Notes: generated by a model not told the origin, from the sequence alone. 64,000 bases of DNA from Thermoanaerobaculia bacterium (GCA_035544675.1 DATKCA010000283.1:2097-66096), one strand, 5' to 3'; counted from the stretch's first letter, positions 1 through 9,525 are shown. Made by a program: numbers and translations.

Positions 1-207
1 GACCGCATCTTGGCCAGCCGCTTCGGGAAAGCGGCCGCCGACCTCGCTGCGCGCGGCGAATTCGGAAGGATGGTGGCGCTGCGCGGGGAAGACATCGTCT
101 CGGTGTCGATCCGCGACGCGATCTCCAACCCCAAGCTCGTCGACCGTGAAGGGCAGATGGTGAAGGCCGCGCTCAGTCTGGGGATCTCCTTCGGCGATGG
201 ACGGTAG
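1..207 (+). CDS. 6-phosphofructokinase, C-terminal fragment (gene starts upstream of window)
   Basis: Translation of frame from nt 1 gives ...RILASRFGKAAADLAARGEFGRMVALRGEDIVSVSIRDAI..., matching the conserved C-terminal region of PFK-A family (RILASR / RxVxxxxxxxV..DI.DAI). Stop at 205-207. Confidence 0.55.
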   Translation, partial: DRILASRFGKAAADLAARGEFGRMVALRGEDIVSVSIRDAISNPKLVDREGQMVKAALSLGISFGDGR

Positions 208-290
208 CCTTCTTAGTCCTTAGTCCTCCTTAGTCCTTAGTCCTTAGTCCTTGGAGACCTAAGGACTAACGCCTAACGACTAACGCCTAA
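208..290. repeat. 7-bp-periodic tandem/inverted repeat element (TCCTTAG x5 then CTAAGGA/CTAACGC units), REP-like
   Basis: Directly visible: tccttag repeated with 7-nt period, followed by imperfect reverse-complement units (cctaaggactaacgcctaacgactaacgcctaagc). Intergenic between pfk stop and next start. Confidence 0.8.
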
Positions 291-308
291 GCTTACAATG
301 CGCGGCCA

Positions 309-1106
309 ATGGCCGACCTGGTCCAGTACCGCGTTGAAGACGGCGTGGCGATCTTCGAGCTGAACGACCCGCCCGCGAACACCTACACGTACGAGATGAA
401 CAAGGCGCTCGACGCCTGCATCCTCCACGCGCGCATGGACGATGCCGTCCACGTCATCGTGATCCGCGGCGCGGGCGACAAATTCTTCTCCGCGGGCGCG
501 AACATCAGGATGCTCTCGGAGGTCACGCCGGCCTTCAAGTACTACTTCTGCCTCCACGCCAACGAGACGCTGCTGCGTCTGGAGTCGACGGCCAAGCTGG
601 TCATCGCCGCGCTGAACGGCCACACCGTGGGCGGCGGATTCGAGATCGCGATGGCGGCCGACATCCGCATCGCTCTCCAGGGCTCCGGGAAAGTCGGTCT
701 GCCCGAAGTCACGCTCGGAGTGCTCCCCGGGACGGGTGGGACGCAGCGGCTGGCCCGGATGCTCGGCAAGTCGAAGGCCATCGAGGTCATGGCCGAGGGG
801 AGCCTGTTCGACTACGAGAAGGCGCTGGAGCTCGGGCTCATCAATTACCTGTGGCCGGCCGGCGAGGGCGGGAAGAGGTGGTGGGACCGCGTGATCGAGT
901 ACGCCAGGAGCTTCTGCCCGCCGAACAAGGCGGCCATGGCGGTGGGCCGCATCAAGCGCGCCGTGCAGACCGGCTGGGAGATCCCGATCGAGGCCGGCCT
1001 GGCCGTCGAGCGCGAGCTGCAGCAGCAACTTTTTCAGAGCGATGACGCCGCGGAAGGCATCACGTCCTACAATCAGAAACGCAAGCCCGAGTTCACAGGA
1101 AAATGA
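309..1106 (+). CDS. enoyl-CoA hydratase/isomerase (crotonase) family protein
   Basis: 265-aa ORF. Crotonase-fold motifs (IRGAGDKFFSAGANI, ALNGHTVGGGFEIAMAADIRIA). Stop overlaps next start (ATGA). Confidence 0.85.
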   Translation: MADLVQYRVEDGVAIFELNDPPANTYTYEMNKALDACILHARMDDAVHVIVIRGAGDKFFSAGANIRMLSEVTPAFKYYFCLHANETLLRLESTAKLVIAALNGHTVGGGFEIAMAADIRIALQGSGKVGLPEVTLGVLPGTGGTQRLARMLGKSKAIEVMAEGSLFDYEKALELGLINYLWPAGEGGKRWWDRVIEYARSFCPPNKAAMAVGRIKRAVQTGWEIPIEAGLAVERELQQQLFQSDDAAEGITSYNQKRKPEFTGK

Positions 1107-2221
1107 TGCGCTATCGAAACCTTCACGGAACAGACCTTCAGCTCAGCGAGCTTGGCTTCGGCACGTGGACGGTGACCACCGGCTGGTGGGGCACCTACAG
1201 CGATGCCGAAGCTCAGCGGATGATCAGCGCCGCGATCGACCGCGGGATCAACTACATCGACACCGCAGACGCGTACGGCAACGGCCGGGGCGAGACGGTG
1301 CTGGCGGCGCTGCTCCGGGAGAAGAAGGACCTCATCGTCGGGACGAAATTCGGCTACGACTTCTACAACAACCCCGAGCGCCCTCGCGGCCAGCGCGAGC
1401 TGCCGCAGGACATGTCGCCGAAGTTCATCCGCTTCGCGCTCGAGCAGTCTCTTCAGCGCCTCGGCACCGACCACGTGGCCATCTACCAGCCGCACAACCC
1501 GCGCGTCGATGTGCTCATGCAGGACGAACACTGGGAGACCCTGGAGAGCCTTCGCCGCGAAGGGAAGATCCTCTCGTACGGCCCCTCGCTCGGACCGGCC
1601 ATCGGATGGCGGGACGAGGGCATCTACAGCAACGGCGCGCGGCGCGCGCCGTTGACGCAGATGATCTACAACATGCTCGAGCAGGATCCGGGGCGCGAGT
1701 TCATCCTGGCCGCCGATCGCGGCCCCTCCTATGCCGGTGTGGCCGAGGCCTCGGAGGGGGCGACGAACAAGAAGATGTGCGCGCCTTCAGGCGCGTTCGA
1801 CCCCTCGTTCCGGGCCTGGAAGGCGAAGCCGGCCCCGCAGTTCCTCATCCGCGTCACGCATTCCTCCGGCATGCTCGAAGGCAAGTACACGATCGACACG
1901 AAGTTCGACGAGAACGATCACCGCTCCCACCGGCCCCGGGCCTGGCTGGTGGAAGGACTGCAGAAGGTGGAGCGGCTCGAGCCGCTCTGCCGGAGACGCG
2001 GGGTGACCATCGGACAGCTGGCGCTGCTGTGGCTCTACGCCCATCAGAGCATCGTCTCGGCGCTGCCGAACATCTATAACGAGGAACAGATCGAGGAGTT
2101 CGCGTCCGCTTCCGATCACGCGCCGCTCGCCGACGCGGAGATGGAAGAGGTGCACGAGCTCTACACGCGCAACTTCGACATCACCCCATACGTCGAGGAA
2201 CCTGCGGCCGCGCGTGCGTAG
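1103..2221 (+). CDS. aldo/keto reductase
   Basis: 372-aa ORF. N-terminus LGFGTW...IDTADAYGNG is typical of AKR family. Confidence 0.85.
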   Translation: MMRYRNLHGTDLQLSELGFGTWTVTTGWWGTYSDAEAQRMISAAIDRGINYIDTADAYGNGRGETVLAALLREKKDLIVGTKFGYDFYNNPERPRGQRELPQDMSPKFIRFALEQSLQRLGTDHVAIYQPHNPRVDVLMQDEHWETLESLRREGKILSYGPSLGPAIGWRDEGIYSNGARRAPLTQMIYNMLEQDPGREFILAADRGPSYAGVAEASEGATNKKMCAPSGAFDPSFRAWKAKPAPQFLIRVTHSSGMLEGKYTIDTKFDENDHRSHRPRAWLVEGLQKVERLEPLCRRRGVTIGQLALLWLYAHQSIVSALPNIYNEEQIEEFASASDHAPLADAEMEEVHELYTRNFDITPYVEEPAAARA

Positions 2222-3850
2222 CGGCTTCTACATCGCGGCTCTTTCACTCCTCAGCATCACCGTCGCCGCGTTGTCGATCGGGAGCGTCCGGCTCGACAGC
2301 GCGACATCGGACGAGCCGGCCTACATCGCCGCCGGCATGATCAAGCTCACGGCCGGCCGGCTCGACTTCTTCCGCGACCAGCCGCCGCTCATGAACTCCA
2401 TCAGCGCGGCACCGCTCGTCGCCGCCGGCTACGAGATGCCGCCATCTGGCAGATCGGCGGAAACCACTGGGGTATCGGCCAGCGATTTCTCTTCCGCTCC
2501 GGATACGACGGCCACCGAATCCTGATGCTGGCCAGATTGCCGACGGTCGCCCTGTTCCTCGCGCTCTGCTTCGCCGTCTGTTTCTTCGTCGCCCATCACA
2601 CCGGCAGCAGGGCGTGGGGCCTCGGCGCGTTCGCGCTGACCGGCTTCTGCCCGAACCTGATGGCGCACGGCAGGCTGGCCACGGTCGACGTGGCGCTCTC
2701 GCTCTTCTGCTTCCTGGCCGTCGCGCTCTTCGTGGCCATGCTGGAGCGGCCTGCGTACATCCGTGGCGCCGGCGTCGGCGCCGCTTCCGCCGCCGCGGCG
2801 CTCTCGAAGACCTCCGGCAACATCCTCGGGCTCGTCTTTCTACTCCTGCTCGCCGTGGTCCGGCCGAAAGAGAGGAAGTTCTACCTCTGTCTCCTCATGG
2901 CGGTCATCGCCGCCGTGGCGGTGCTGGAGGTCGTCATCCTGGCCGAGGGGGGCGAGGCTTATGTTGCGGCGAACTTTCCGGATCTGCCTCGCGTGGCCGT
3001 TCCGTTCGCCGAGTATCTCGCCAACCTCGCCGCGATCCGCGACTGGTACCGGTGGGGACATGACAAGCCACAGTTCCTTCTGGGGGAGTTCTCCACGCGC
3101 GGCTGGTGGCACTACTATCCGGTCGCCATCGCCCTGAAGACGACCATCCCGGCGCTGCTGCTCGTGGCCGGCTCCTGGCTCGTAGCCTTTGTTTCGTGGA
3201 GACGCAGATCCGGCCCTGCCGAGAGCCAGGAGCCAGGAGGCGGGAGCCGCAATGCCGTCCTGGCCTGCCTGCTCTTCGCGGCGCTGTTCCTCCTGATCGC
3301 GGCGCGCGGCCAGCTGGCTCTGGGGATCCGGTACGTGCTGCCCATTTACCCGTTTCTGTATGCGGCGGCGATGATCCTGTGGAGCGCCGCGCGTGTGGCG
3401 CGGCGTCACGTCGTGTGGATGGTGACCGTGCTGCTGGTCTGGCACGCCGGCGAGAACCTGGCGGCCTACCCGTCCTACATCGGCTACTTCAACGAATTCA
3501 TCGGCTCGCACAGGAATGCGGACCGCTTTCTCATCGACTCGAATCTCGACTGGGGGCAGGACCTGCGAAGGCTCGATGTCTGGTGCCTGGAGAACGGAGT
3601 GACGGAGATTGCGCTGCACTACTTCGGCGGCGCTGACCCGGAATTCGACCTCACCGCGCGCGTGATCGGCGGATATGGCCCGGGCGCCGCGCTGCTGCCG
3701 AAGGGCTTCTTCGCGCTGAGCCGGCACTTCTATCGCGTCAGCTTCAGTCCGCAGGTCTCGCGCGTGACCTACGACGACTACCTCGCCGCATCGAAGGCGC
3801 GCTACGTGACGACGGTGGGCGACTCGATCATGGTGTACCGCATCGAATGA
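2214..3850 (+). pseudogene. glycosyltransferase family 39 (ArnT/PMT-like) paralog, disrupted by a frameshift near nt 2440-2455
   Basis: ORFs 2214..2525 and 2525..3850 together are colinear with the intact downstream paralog 3847..5385. N-terminal parts align in frame 1; from ~2452 the alignment continues in the +1 frame (..IWQIGGNHWGIGQRFLFRSGYD.. vs paralog ..GWRAAPEHWTAGHALLYRSGYD..). Could also be a sequencing error. Confidence 0.55.
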
Positions 3851-5385
3851 GCCCGCGCATCGTGCTCGCCGTCCTGGCCATCGTCGTCGCCGCGCTCGCG
3901 GTTGGGAGTGTCCGGCTGGACAGCGCGACGGCGGACGAAGGCGCGCACATCGTGGCGGGCCTCGTCAAGCTGAAGACCGGGACCATGGACTTCTTCCCGG
4001 AGCAGCCTCCGCTCATGAACTCGTTGAGCGCGCTGCCGCTCGCCCTCGGCGGATACGAGCCTCCGACCGGCTGGCGCGCGGCGCCGGAGCACTGGACCGC
4101 GGGTCATGCTCTGCTCTACCGGAGCGGATACGACGCACGGCGGATGCTGTTTCTCGCGCGACTACCCACGATCGCGCTCTTTCTGGCGCTCTGTTTCCTG
4201 GTGTACTGGTTCGTTGCGCGCGAGAGCGGGAGCCGGTGGTGGGGCGTCTTCGCATTTGCGCTGACAGGCTTCTGCCCGAACCTCCTCGCGCATGGACGGC
4301 TGGCCACGGTCGACATCGGAGCGACGTTCTTCATGTTCGCGGCCACCGTCATGTTCCTCGACGCACTGCGCCGCCAGGATTGGCGGCGCTCCGCTCTGGC
4401 CGGAGTGTTGACCGCCTGCGCCGTCCTCTCGAAGACCTCCGCCCTGCTCCTCGGCCCGTACTTTCTGGTGATCGCGATCGTCTTCGCGATCAGGAGGCGT
4501 CCCGTCATCAGGACGATCGTGATCAGCTCGATCGCGGCGCTGGTGGTCTTCGAGGCCGTCTACCTCATCGAGGCCAGGAGCATCGACCCGCTTCTGCCGT
4601 TCCGCGGGTACTGGAAGAACGTCGAGGCCATCCGTGCCTGGGTCACGACCGGCCACGAACGGCCGCAGTTCCTGCTCGGCGAGTTCTCGACGCGAGGCTG
4701 GCCGCATTACTTCCTCGTGGCCTGGCTGCTCAAGGTTCCCCTCGGCGCACAACTGCTCGTGATCGCCGGCGCGGTGCTGGCGGTACGGCGCCGCAATCCC
4801 ATCGTGATCGCCATGCTGGGTTTCGTCCTGTTCTTCCTGGCCGTCTCCATGACCAGCCACATCAACCTCGGTCTCCGCTACGTGCTGCCCGTGTTCCCGT
4901 TCGCGTTCGCCGGTGCGGTGATCTCCCTCAGCGCGGCGAACAAACGTGCCGTGGCCGCGGTGAGCGGCGTTCTGCTGGCGTGGCACATCGGATCGAGCCT
5001 CCTCACCTATCCGGGCTACATCAGTTACTTCAACGAGCTGATCGGAAGCCATCGCAACGCCGACAGGTTCCTCATCGACTCGAACCTCGACTGGGGGCAG
5101 GACCTGCAGCGCCTGCGTCTGTGGGCCGATGCGAACGGCGTGGACTCCATCCGCATCGACTACTTCGGGGGCGGTGACATCCGCTACGAGCTCGGCGATC
5201 GCGCCCAGTCGTGGCCGGCGCCGCGGCCCGAGCCACTGCCGCGGGGATGGTTCGCGCTGAGCCGCCACATGTACCGCTCCCGGACGACGGAAGCGCCGAT
5301 CGACTACGACAGCTATCTGGCAGGCTCGCGTGCGGAGTACGTCACCACTGTCGGGGGCTCGATCCTCGTCTATCGCGTCGAGTAG
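3847..5385 (+). CDS. glycosyltransferase family 39 protein (ArnT / dolichyl-phosphate-mannose-protein mannosyltransferase-like), polytopic membrane
   Basis: 512 aa, many TM helices. N-terminal DE..H...G......G..DFFPEQPPLMN motif typical of PMT_2/ArnT-like transferases. Tandem duplicate of upstream pseudogene. Confidence 0.75.
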   Translation: MSPRIVLAVLAIVVAALAVGSVRLDSATADEGAHIVAGLVKLKTGTMDFFPEQPPLMNSLSALPLALGGYEPPTGWRAAPEHWTAGHALLYRSGYDARRMLFLARLPTIALFLALCFLVYWFVARESGSRWWGVFAFALTGFCPNLLAHGRLATVDIGATFFMFAATVMFLDALRRQDWRRSALAGVLTACAVLSKTSALLLGPYFLVIAIVFAIRRRPVIRTIVISSIAALVVFEAVYLIEARSIDPLLPFRGYWKNVEAIRAWVTTGHERPQFLLGEFSTRGWPHYFLVAWLLKVPLGAQLLVIAGAVLAVRRRNPIVIAMLGFVLFFLAVSMTSHINLGLRYVLPVFPFAFAGAVISLSAANKRAVAAVSGVLLAWHIGSSLLTYPGYISYFNELIGSHRNADRFLIDSNLDWGQDLQRLRLWADANGVDSIRIDYFGGGDIRYELGDRAQSWPAPRPEPLPRGWFALSRHMYRSRTTEAPIDYDSYLAGSRAEYVTTVGGSILVYRVE

Positions 5386-5396
5386 GATTGCGCGCC

Positions 5397-6845
5397 ATGA
5401 CCATCCAGAACCGTCTGTTCATCAATGGAGACTTCGTCGACGCGAAGAGCGGTGCCACGTTTGCGACGACCAATCCGGCCACCGAGGAGAAGATCGCCGA
5501 CGTGGCCTCGGCCGGGACCGAAGACGTCGACGCGGCCGTGCGCGCCGCGCGCGCGCAGATGGAGCCGGGCTCGGAGTGGCAGAAGATGAAGCCGCGGGAC
5601 CGGGCCAAGGTCATGTGGCGCATTGCCGACATGCTCACGGCGAAGGCCGAGGAGATCGGCCGGATCGAGACGATCGACAACGGCAAGCCGATCTTCGAGT
5701 CGCAGTTCGTCGACACGCCCGCCGCGGCCGAGTGCCTCTACTATTTCGCCGGCTGGTCGGGCAAAGTCACCGGCGAGACGATCCCCGTGCAGGACGGGGC
5801 GTTCACGTACACGCTGCGCGAGCCGGTCGGTGTCGTCGGCACGATCACCCCCTGGAACTTCCCGCTGATGCTGGCGGTGTGGAAGATCGCGCCGGCGCTC
5901 GCGTGCGGCAACGCCGTCGTCTGCAAGCCGGCGTCGAACACGGCTCTGTCGCTCCTGAAGTTCGCCGAGTATGCCAAAGAGTGCGGACTTCCGGCGGGCG
6001 TGCTCAACGTCGTGCCGGGTCGCGGCAGCGTGGTTGGAAATGCCATCGTCGACCACTCCGGAATCGACGCCATCGCGTTCACCGGGTCGGCCGAGGTGGG
6101 GCGCGAGCTGATGGCGCGGGCGTCGAAGACGCTCAAGAAGGTGTCGCTCGAGCTGGGCGGGAAGTCGCCGAACATCGTCCTGGCCGATGCCGACCTGGAG
6201 GCGGCCTCGCGCGGGGCGCTCAACGCCATCTTCTACGGCAAGGGCGAAGTCTGCGCGGCCGGCTCGCGTCTTCTCGTCGAGGAGTCCGTGCACGACGAGC
6301 TCATGGCGAAGATCAGCGATCGCGCCGGCAAGATGGTCGCGGGCGATCCGCTGCATCCCAAGACGCGTCTGGGGGCCATCGTCTCCAAAGAGCAGATGGA
6401 GAGTGTCCTGCGCTACATCGAAGCCGGGAAGAGCGAGGGCGCGAAGCTCGTCACCGGGGGTGAGCGCGCCGACATCGGGACCGGCAAGGGCTACTTCCTG
6501 AAGCCGACGATCTTCGACGACGTCCAGCCGGACATGCGCATCGCGCGCGAGGAGATCTTCGGTCCGGTGCTGGCCACGATCCGGTTCAAGGACGCCGAGG
6601 ACGCGATCGCGAAGGGCAACGCCACGGTGTACGGACTGGCGGCGGCGGTGTGGACGCGCGACATCTCCAAGGCGCATCGCGTGGCGCGCGCGCTCAAGGC
6701 CGGCACGGTCTGGGTGAACACGTACAACCTCTACGACCCGGCTCTGCCGTTCGGCGGCTTCAAGGAGTCGGGCTTCGGCCGCGATCAGGGCCGGGACGCG
6801 CTGGAGAAGTACACGCAGACCAAGAGCGTCTGGGTGAACCTCTGA
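5397..6845 (+). CDS. NAD(P)-dependent aldehyde dehydrogenase
   Basis: Start chosen at internal ATG 5397 (MTIQNRLFINGDFVDAKSG...) 11 nt after upstream stop; the 5211 ORF start would overlap upstream gene. ALDH motifs (ELGGKSP, EEIFGPV, catalytic Cys region GEVCAAGSR). Confidence 0.9.
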   Translation: MTIQNRLFINGDFVDAKSGATFATTNPATEEKIADVASAGTEDVDAAVRAARAQMEPGSEWQKMKPRDRAKVMWRIADMLTAKAEEIGRIETIDNGKPIFESQFVDTPAAAECLYYFAGWSGKVTGETIPVQDGAFTYTLREPVGVVGTITPWNFPLMLAVWKIAPALACGNAVVCKPASNTALSLLKFAEYAKECGLPAGVLNVVPGRGSVVGNAIVDHSGIDAIAFTGSAEVGRELMARASKTLKKVSLELGGKSPNIVLADADLEAASRGALNAIFYGKGEVCAAGSRLLVEESVHDELMAKISDRAGKMVAGDPLHPKTRLGAIVSKEQMESVLRYIEAGKSEGAKLVTGGERADIGTGKGYFLKPTIFDDVQPDMRIAREEIFGPVLATIRFKDAEDAIAKGNATVYGLAAAVWTRDISKAHRVARALKAGTVWVNTYNLYDPALPFGGFKESGFGRDQGRDALEKYTQTKSVWVNL

Positions 6846-6865
6846 CTCCGTGCTTCCTCTGTGTT

Positions 6866-6909
6866 CTCTGTGACTCTGTGGTGATCTCTTGAACCACAGA
6901 GTCACAGAG
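6866..6909. repeat. hairpin palindrome CTCTGTGACTCTGTGGT-N10-ACCACAGAGTCACAGAG between convergent genes (bidirectional terminator / REP)
   Basis: Perfect 17-bp arms read directly. Same arms recur at 18107..18149. Confidence 0.8.
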
Positions 6910-9061
6910 ACCGTACCGGCAACTCCCGGATCGGTTTCCCTACCAGCCGCGTCAACGCGTTGGCCACGGCCGGCGCGAACGGGCACACTACGGGCTCGCC
7001 GAGGCCGTGCGGCCTCTCGTCGGGACTGTCGACGATGTGGGTCTCGATCACCGGCGGGGTCTCGTCGATCATCACGACCGGGAAATCGGAGTAGAGCGAC
7101 TGCTCGATCGAGCCGTTCTTCACCGTCACCTCGCCCTTCATGTTGGACAGCGACCAGATCACGCCGCTCTCCACCTGCTGCGCCACGCCCAGCGGGTTGA
7201 TGGCCACGCCGCAGTCGAGGGCGCAGACCACGCGGTCGACGGTGAACGGCAGCCGGTCCGAACCGGCGTCCTTCTTCAGCCTCACATCCACGACATACGC
7301 GATGTAAGTCTCGGTGTGGAAGACATTGCAGGCGATGCCGCGTGCCGTTCCGGCCGGAAGAGGCCGGCCCCATCCGCTCTTCTGCGCCACCAGCTCGAGG
7401 ACCTTGCGCATCCGCGTCCGGTTGATGACCTCGCCGCCGATCGTGTACGTTTCGTCGCCGCCGAGGAGGTCGTAACGCACCTGGATCGGATCGCGATTCG
7501 TCTGCCGGGCGATCTCGTCGACGAAGCACTCGCGCGCGAACACCGACGGCGGCGAGAAGACCGATCGCCACGGTCCGATGGGCACCGGCGCGTCGACGAT
7601 CGCGTACGACATCTCCGAGTCCTTGGCGAAGTACGGCGAGTCGTACACTCCCCAGGCCCACCCGCGCACGGTCTCGGGATTGACCCGGTCGTCCTGCGTC
7701 GGAACGCGCCGGGCGTTGTGCGGCGTGCTGGCCTTGCGATGCTCCCAGGCCACGACCTTCCCACTCTCGTCGAGGCCGGCGCGCAGGCGGTGGGCCGACG
7801 CGGCCTGGAAGTATCCATGCTTCATGTCGTCCGCGCGCGTCCACACCAGCTGCACCGGCGTAGGCTTCGTGCGCCGCGCAATCTCCACGGCTTCGCGATC
7901 GAAGTCGACACCGAGGCGCCGGCCGAAGCCGCCGCCGAGCAGCATCACGTTGACGGTCACCGCCGCCGGCGGGATTCCCAGGAGCGTTGCAGCGGTGCCC
8001 TGTACCGCGTTGGGCGTCTGGGTGGGTGACCAGATCGTGCAGCCCTGGTCGGTCACCATGGCCGTGCAGTTCACCGGCTCGAGCGCGGCGTGCGCCCCGA
8101 ACGGGTAGAAGTAGCTCGCCTCGATGATTTTCGCGACGTTGTCGAATCCGGCCAGGCCCGCGGCATCTTTCCGGATGGTGAGAGCGGGCTTATCGACCGC
8201 CTTCTCCAGCGCGGCGCGATGATCGGTGCTGTTGAACGCCGCGTGCGGGCTCTCGCTCCACCGGATCGTGAGTGCCTCGCGCCCCTCCATGGCGGCCCAC
8301 GTGTTGTCGGCCACCACGGCGATGCCGGTCGGAATCTCGAACACGTCCCGCACGCCTGCGACCTTCTTCGCTTTCGCCGCGTCGAAGCTCGTCACCTTCC
8401 CGCCCAGTTGCGGCGACCGCGCCACGACGGCGAAGCGCATCCCCGGAACACGCACGTCCATCCCGAATTGCGCCCGTCCTGTGACGATCTCCGCTCCGTC
8501 AGGCCGCCTGTGCGACTTCCCGACGATGCGGTACGCGTCGCGGCTCTTCAGAACCGGCTGTGCGGGCACGGGCTGCTTCGCCGCGTCCGCTGCCAGCTCT
8601 CCGTACGATGCCCGCCTCCCGCTGGCGCGGTGGAGCACGGCGCCTTTCTCGGTCTGCAGGGCCGTCGGATCGACGCCCCACTTCGCCGCTGCGGCGCCGA
8701 CGAGCATGGTGCGGGCTGCCGCGCCGGCCTGGCGCAGCGGATTCCAGAGTCCCATGATGCTGCCGCTGCCGCCCGTGCCGAGGCGTGTGAAGTCCGGACC
8801 GGGACTGGCCTGCGTGACGCGCACGCTCGCGAAGTCGGCGTCCAGCTCTTCGGCCACGATCATCGGCAGTGATGTGCGAACGCCCTGTCCCATCTCGCTC
8901 TTGCCGACCTTGATGTGGACCGATCCGTCTTTCTCGATGGTCAGCCAGGCGTTCGGACTGAACGGCCTGTCGCTCTCCTGCGCGCCGGCGATGCGGATGC
9001 CGAGGACCAGCGCTCCGCTCGCGCTGCCGACGACTTTGAGGAAGTCGCGACGGGTGGTCAT
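6902..9061 (-). CDS. xanthine dehydrogenase-family molybdopterin-binding large subunit (IorB/CoxL-like) with twin-arginine signal
   Basis: Start set at ATG 9061 (MTTRRDFLKVVGSASGALVLG = Tat motif RRxFLK), overlapping upstream stop by ATGA. Mo-hydroxylase large-subunit homology throughout. The longer 850-aa ORF N-terminus is Arg-rich junk. Confidence 0.85.
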   Translation of the reverse strand: MTTRRDFLKVVGSASGALVLGIRIAGAQESDRPFSPNAWLTIEKDGSVHIKVGKSEMGQGVRTSLPMIVAEELDADFASVRVTQASPGPDFTRLGTGGSGSIMGLWNPLRQAGAAARTMLVGAAAAKWGVDPTALQTEKGAVLHRASGRRASYGELAADAAKQPVPAQPVLKSRDAYRIVGKSHRRPDGAEIVTGRAQFGMDVRVPGMRFAVVARSPQLGGKVTSFDAAKAKKVAGVRDVFEIPTGIAVVADNTWAAMEGREALTIRWSESPHAAFNSTDHRAALEKAVDKPALTIRKDAAGLAGFDNVAKIIEASYFYPFGAHAALEPVNCTAMVTDQGCTIWSPTQTPNAVQGTAATLLGIPPAAVTVNVMLLGGGFGRRLGVDFDREAVEIARRTKPTPVQLVWTRADDMKHGYFQAASAHRLRAGLDESGKVVAWEHRKASTPHNARRVPTQDDRVNPETVRGWAWGVYDSPYFAKDSEMSYAIVDAPVPIGPWRSVFSPPSVFARECFVDEIARQTNRDPIQVRYDLLGGDETYTIGGEVINRTRMRKVLELVAQKSGWGRPLPAGTARGIACNVFHTETYIAYVVDVRLKKDAGSDRLPFTVDRVVCALDCGVAINPLGVAQQVESGVIWSLSNMKGEVTVKNGSIEQSLYSDFPVVMIDETPPVIETHIVDSPDERPHGLGEPVVCPFAPAVANALTRLVGKPIRELPVRSL

Positions 9062-9525
9062 CGGCCACCGCCGTTCTTCACGGCCAGCAGCGCCGCTTTC
9101 CGGATCCGTGGATACGAGCCGCACCGGCATACGTGATCGGCGAGTGCGCCGTCGATGTCGGCGGCATTCGCGCCCGGCTTTTTCGTGAGCAGCGCCCGCA
9201 GCTCGAGGATCATCCCCGGCTGGCAGTAACCGCACTGCGCGACGTCCTCGCTCAGCCAGGCCTGCTGGATGGGATGCGTGCCTCCGGCCGAAAGACCTTC
9301 GATCGTCGTGTACTTCCTGCTGGCGGTCTGGCCGAACGTAGTCAGGCAGGACCGCACCGCCACGCCGTTCTCGAGGACGGTGCACGACCCGCAGATTCCT
9401 TCGCCGCATCCGTACTTCGTCCCGGTCAGTCCCAGGAGGTCGCGAAGCACCCACAGCAGCGGCATCGCGTCGTCGGCTTCCACCGTCGTCTTCCGTCCGT
9501 TCACTTCGATCTGTCTTCGCGCCAT
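9058..9525 (-). CDS. (2Fe-2S)-binding small subunit of molybdenum hydroxylase
   Basis: Start at ATG 9525 (MARRQIEVNG...). Two cluster motifs CGEGICGSCTV and CGYCQPG. Translationally coupled to large subunit. Confidence 0.85.
   Translation of the reverse strand: MARRQIEVNGRKTTVEADDAMPLLWVLRDLLGLTGTKYGCGEGICGSCTVLENGVAVRSCLTTFGQTASRKYTTIEGLSAGGTHPIQQAWLSEDVAQCGYCQPGMILELRALLTKKPGANAADIDGALADHVCRCGSYPRIRKAALLAVKNGGGR

Noticed and set aside
208-290. Possibility that the heptamer repeat arrays are CRISPR arrays
   Set aside because: Units are 7 bp with no unique spacers, no cas genes, and a hairpin (inverted) rather than repeat-spacer organisation.
1042-2079. 345-aa plus-strand ORF in alternative frame of the aldo/keto reductase
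   Set aside because: Same strand, different frame of a gene with strong AKR homology. Arg/Pro-rich nonsense.
5211-5396. N-terminal 62-codon extension of the aldehyde dehydrogenase ORF
   Set aside because: Would overlap the upstream glycosyltransferase gene. ALDH homology begins at the internal Met (MTIQNRLFINGDF).
5370-7844. 824-aa minus-strand ORF spanning aldehyde dehydrogenase and part of the Mo-hydroxylase gene
   Set aside because: Overlaps two confidently identified genes. No recognisable motifs.
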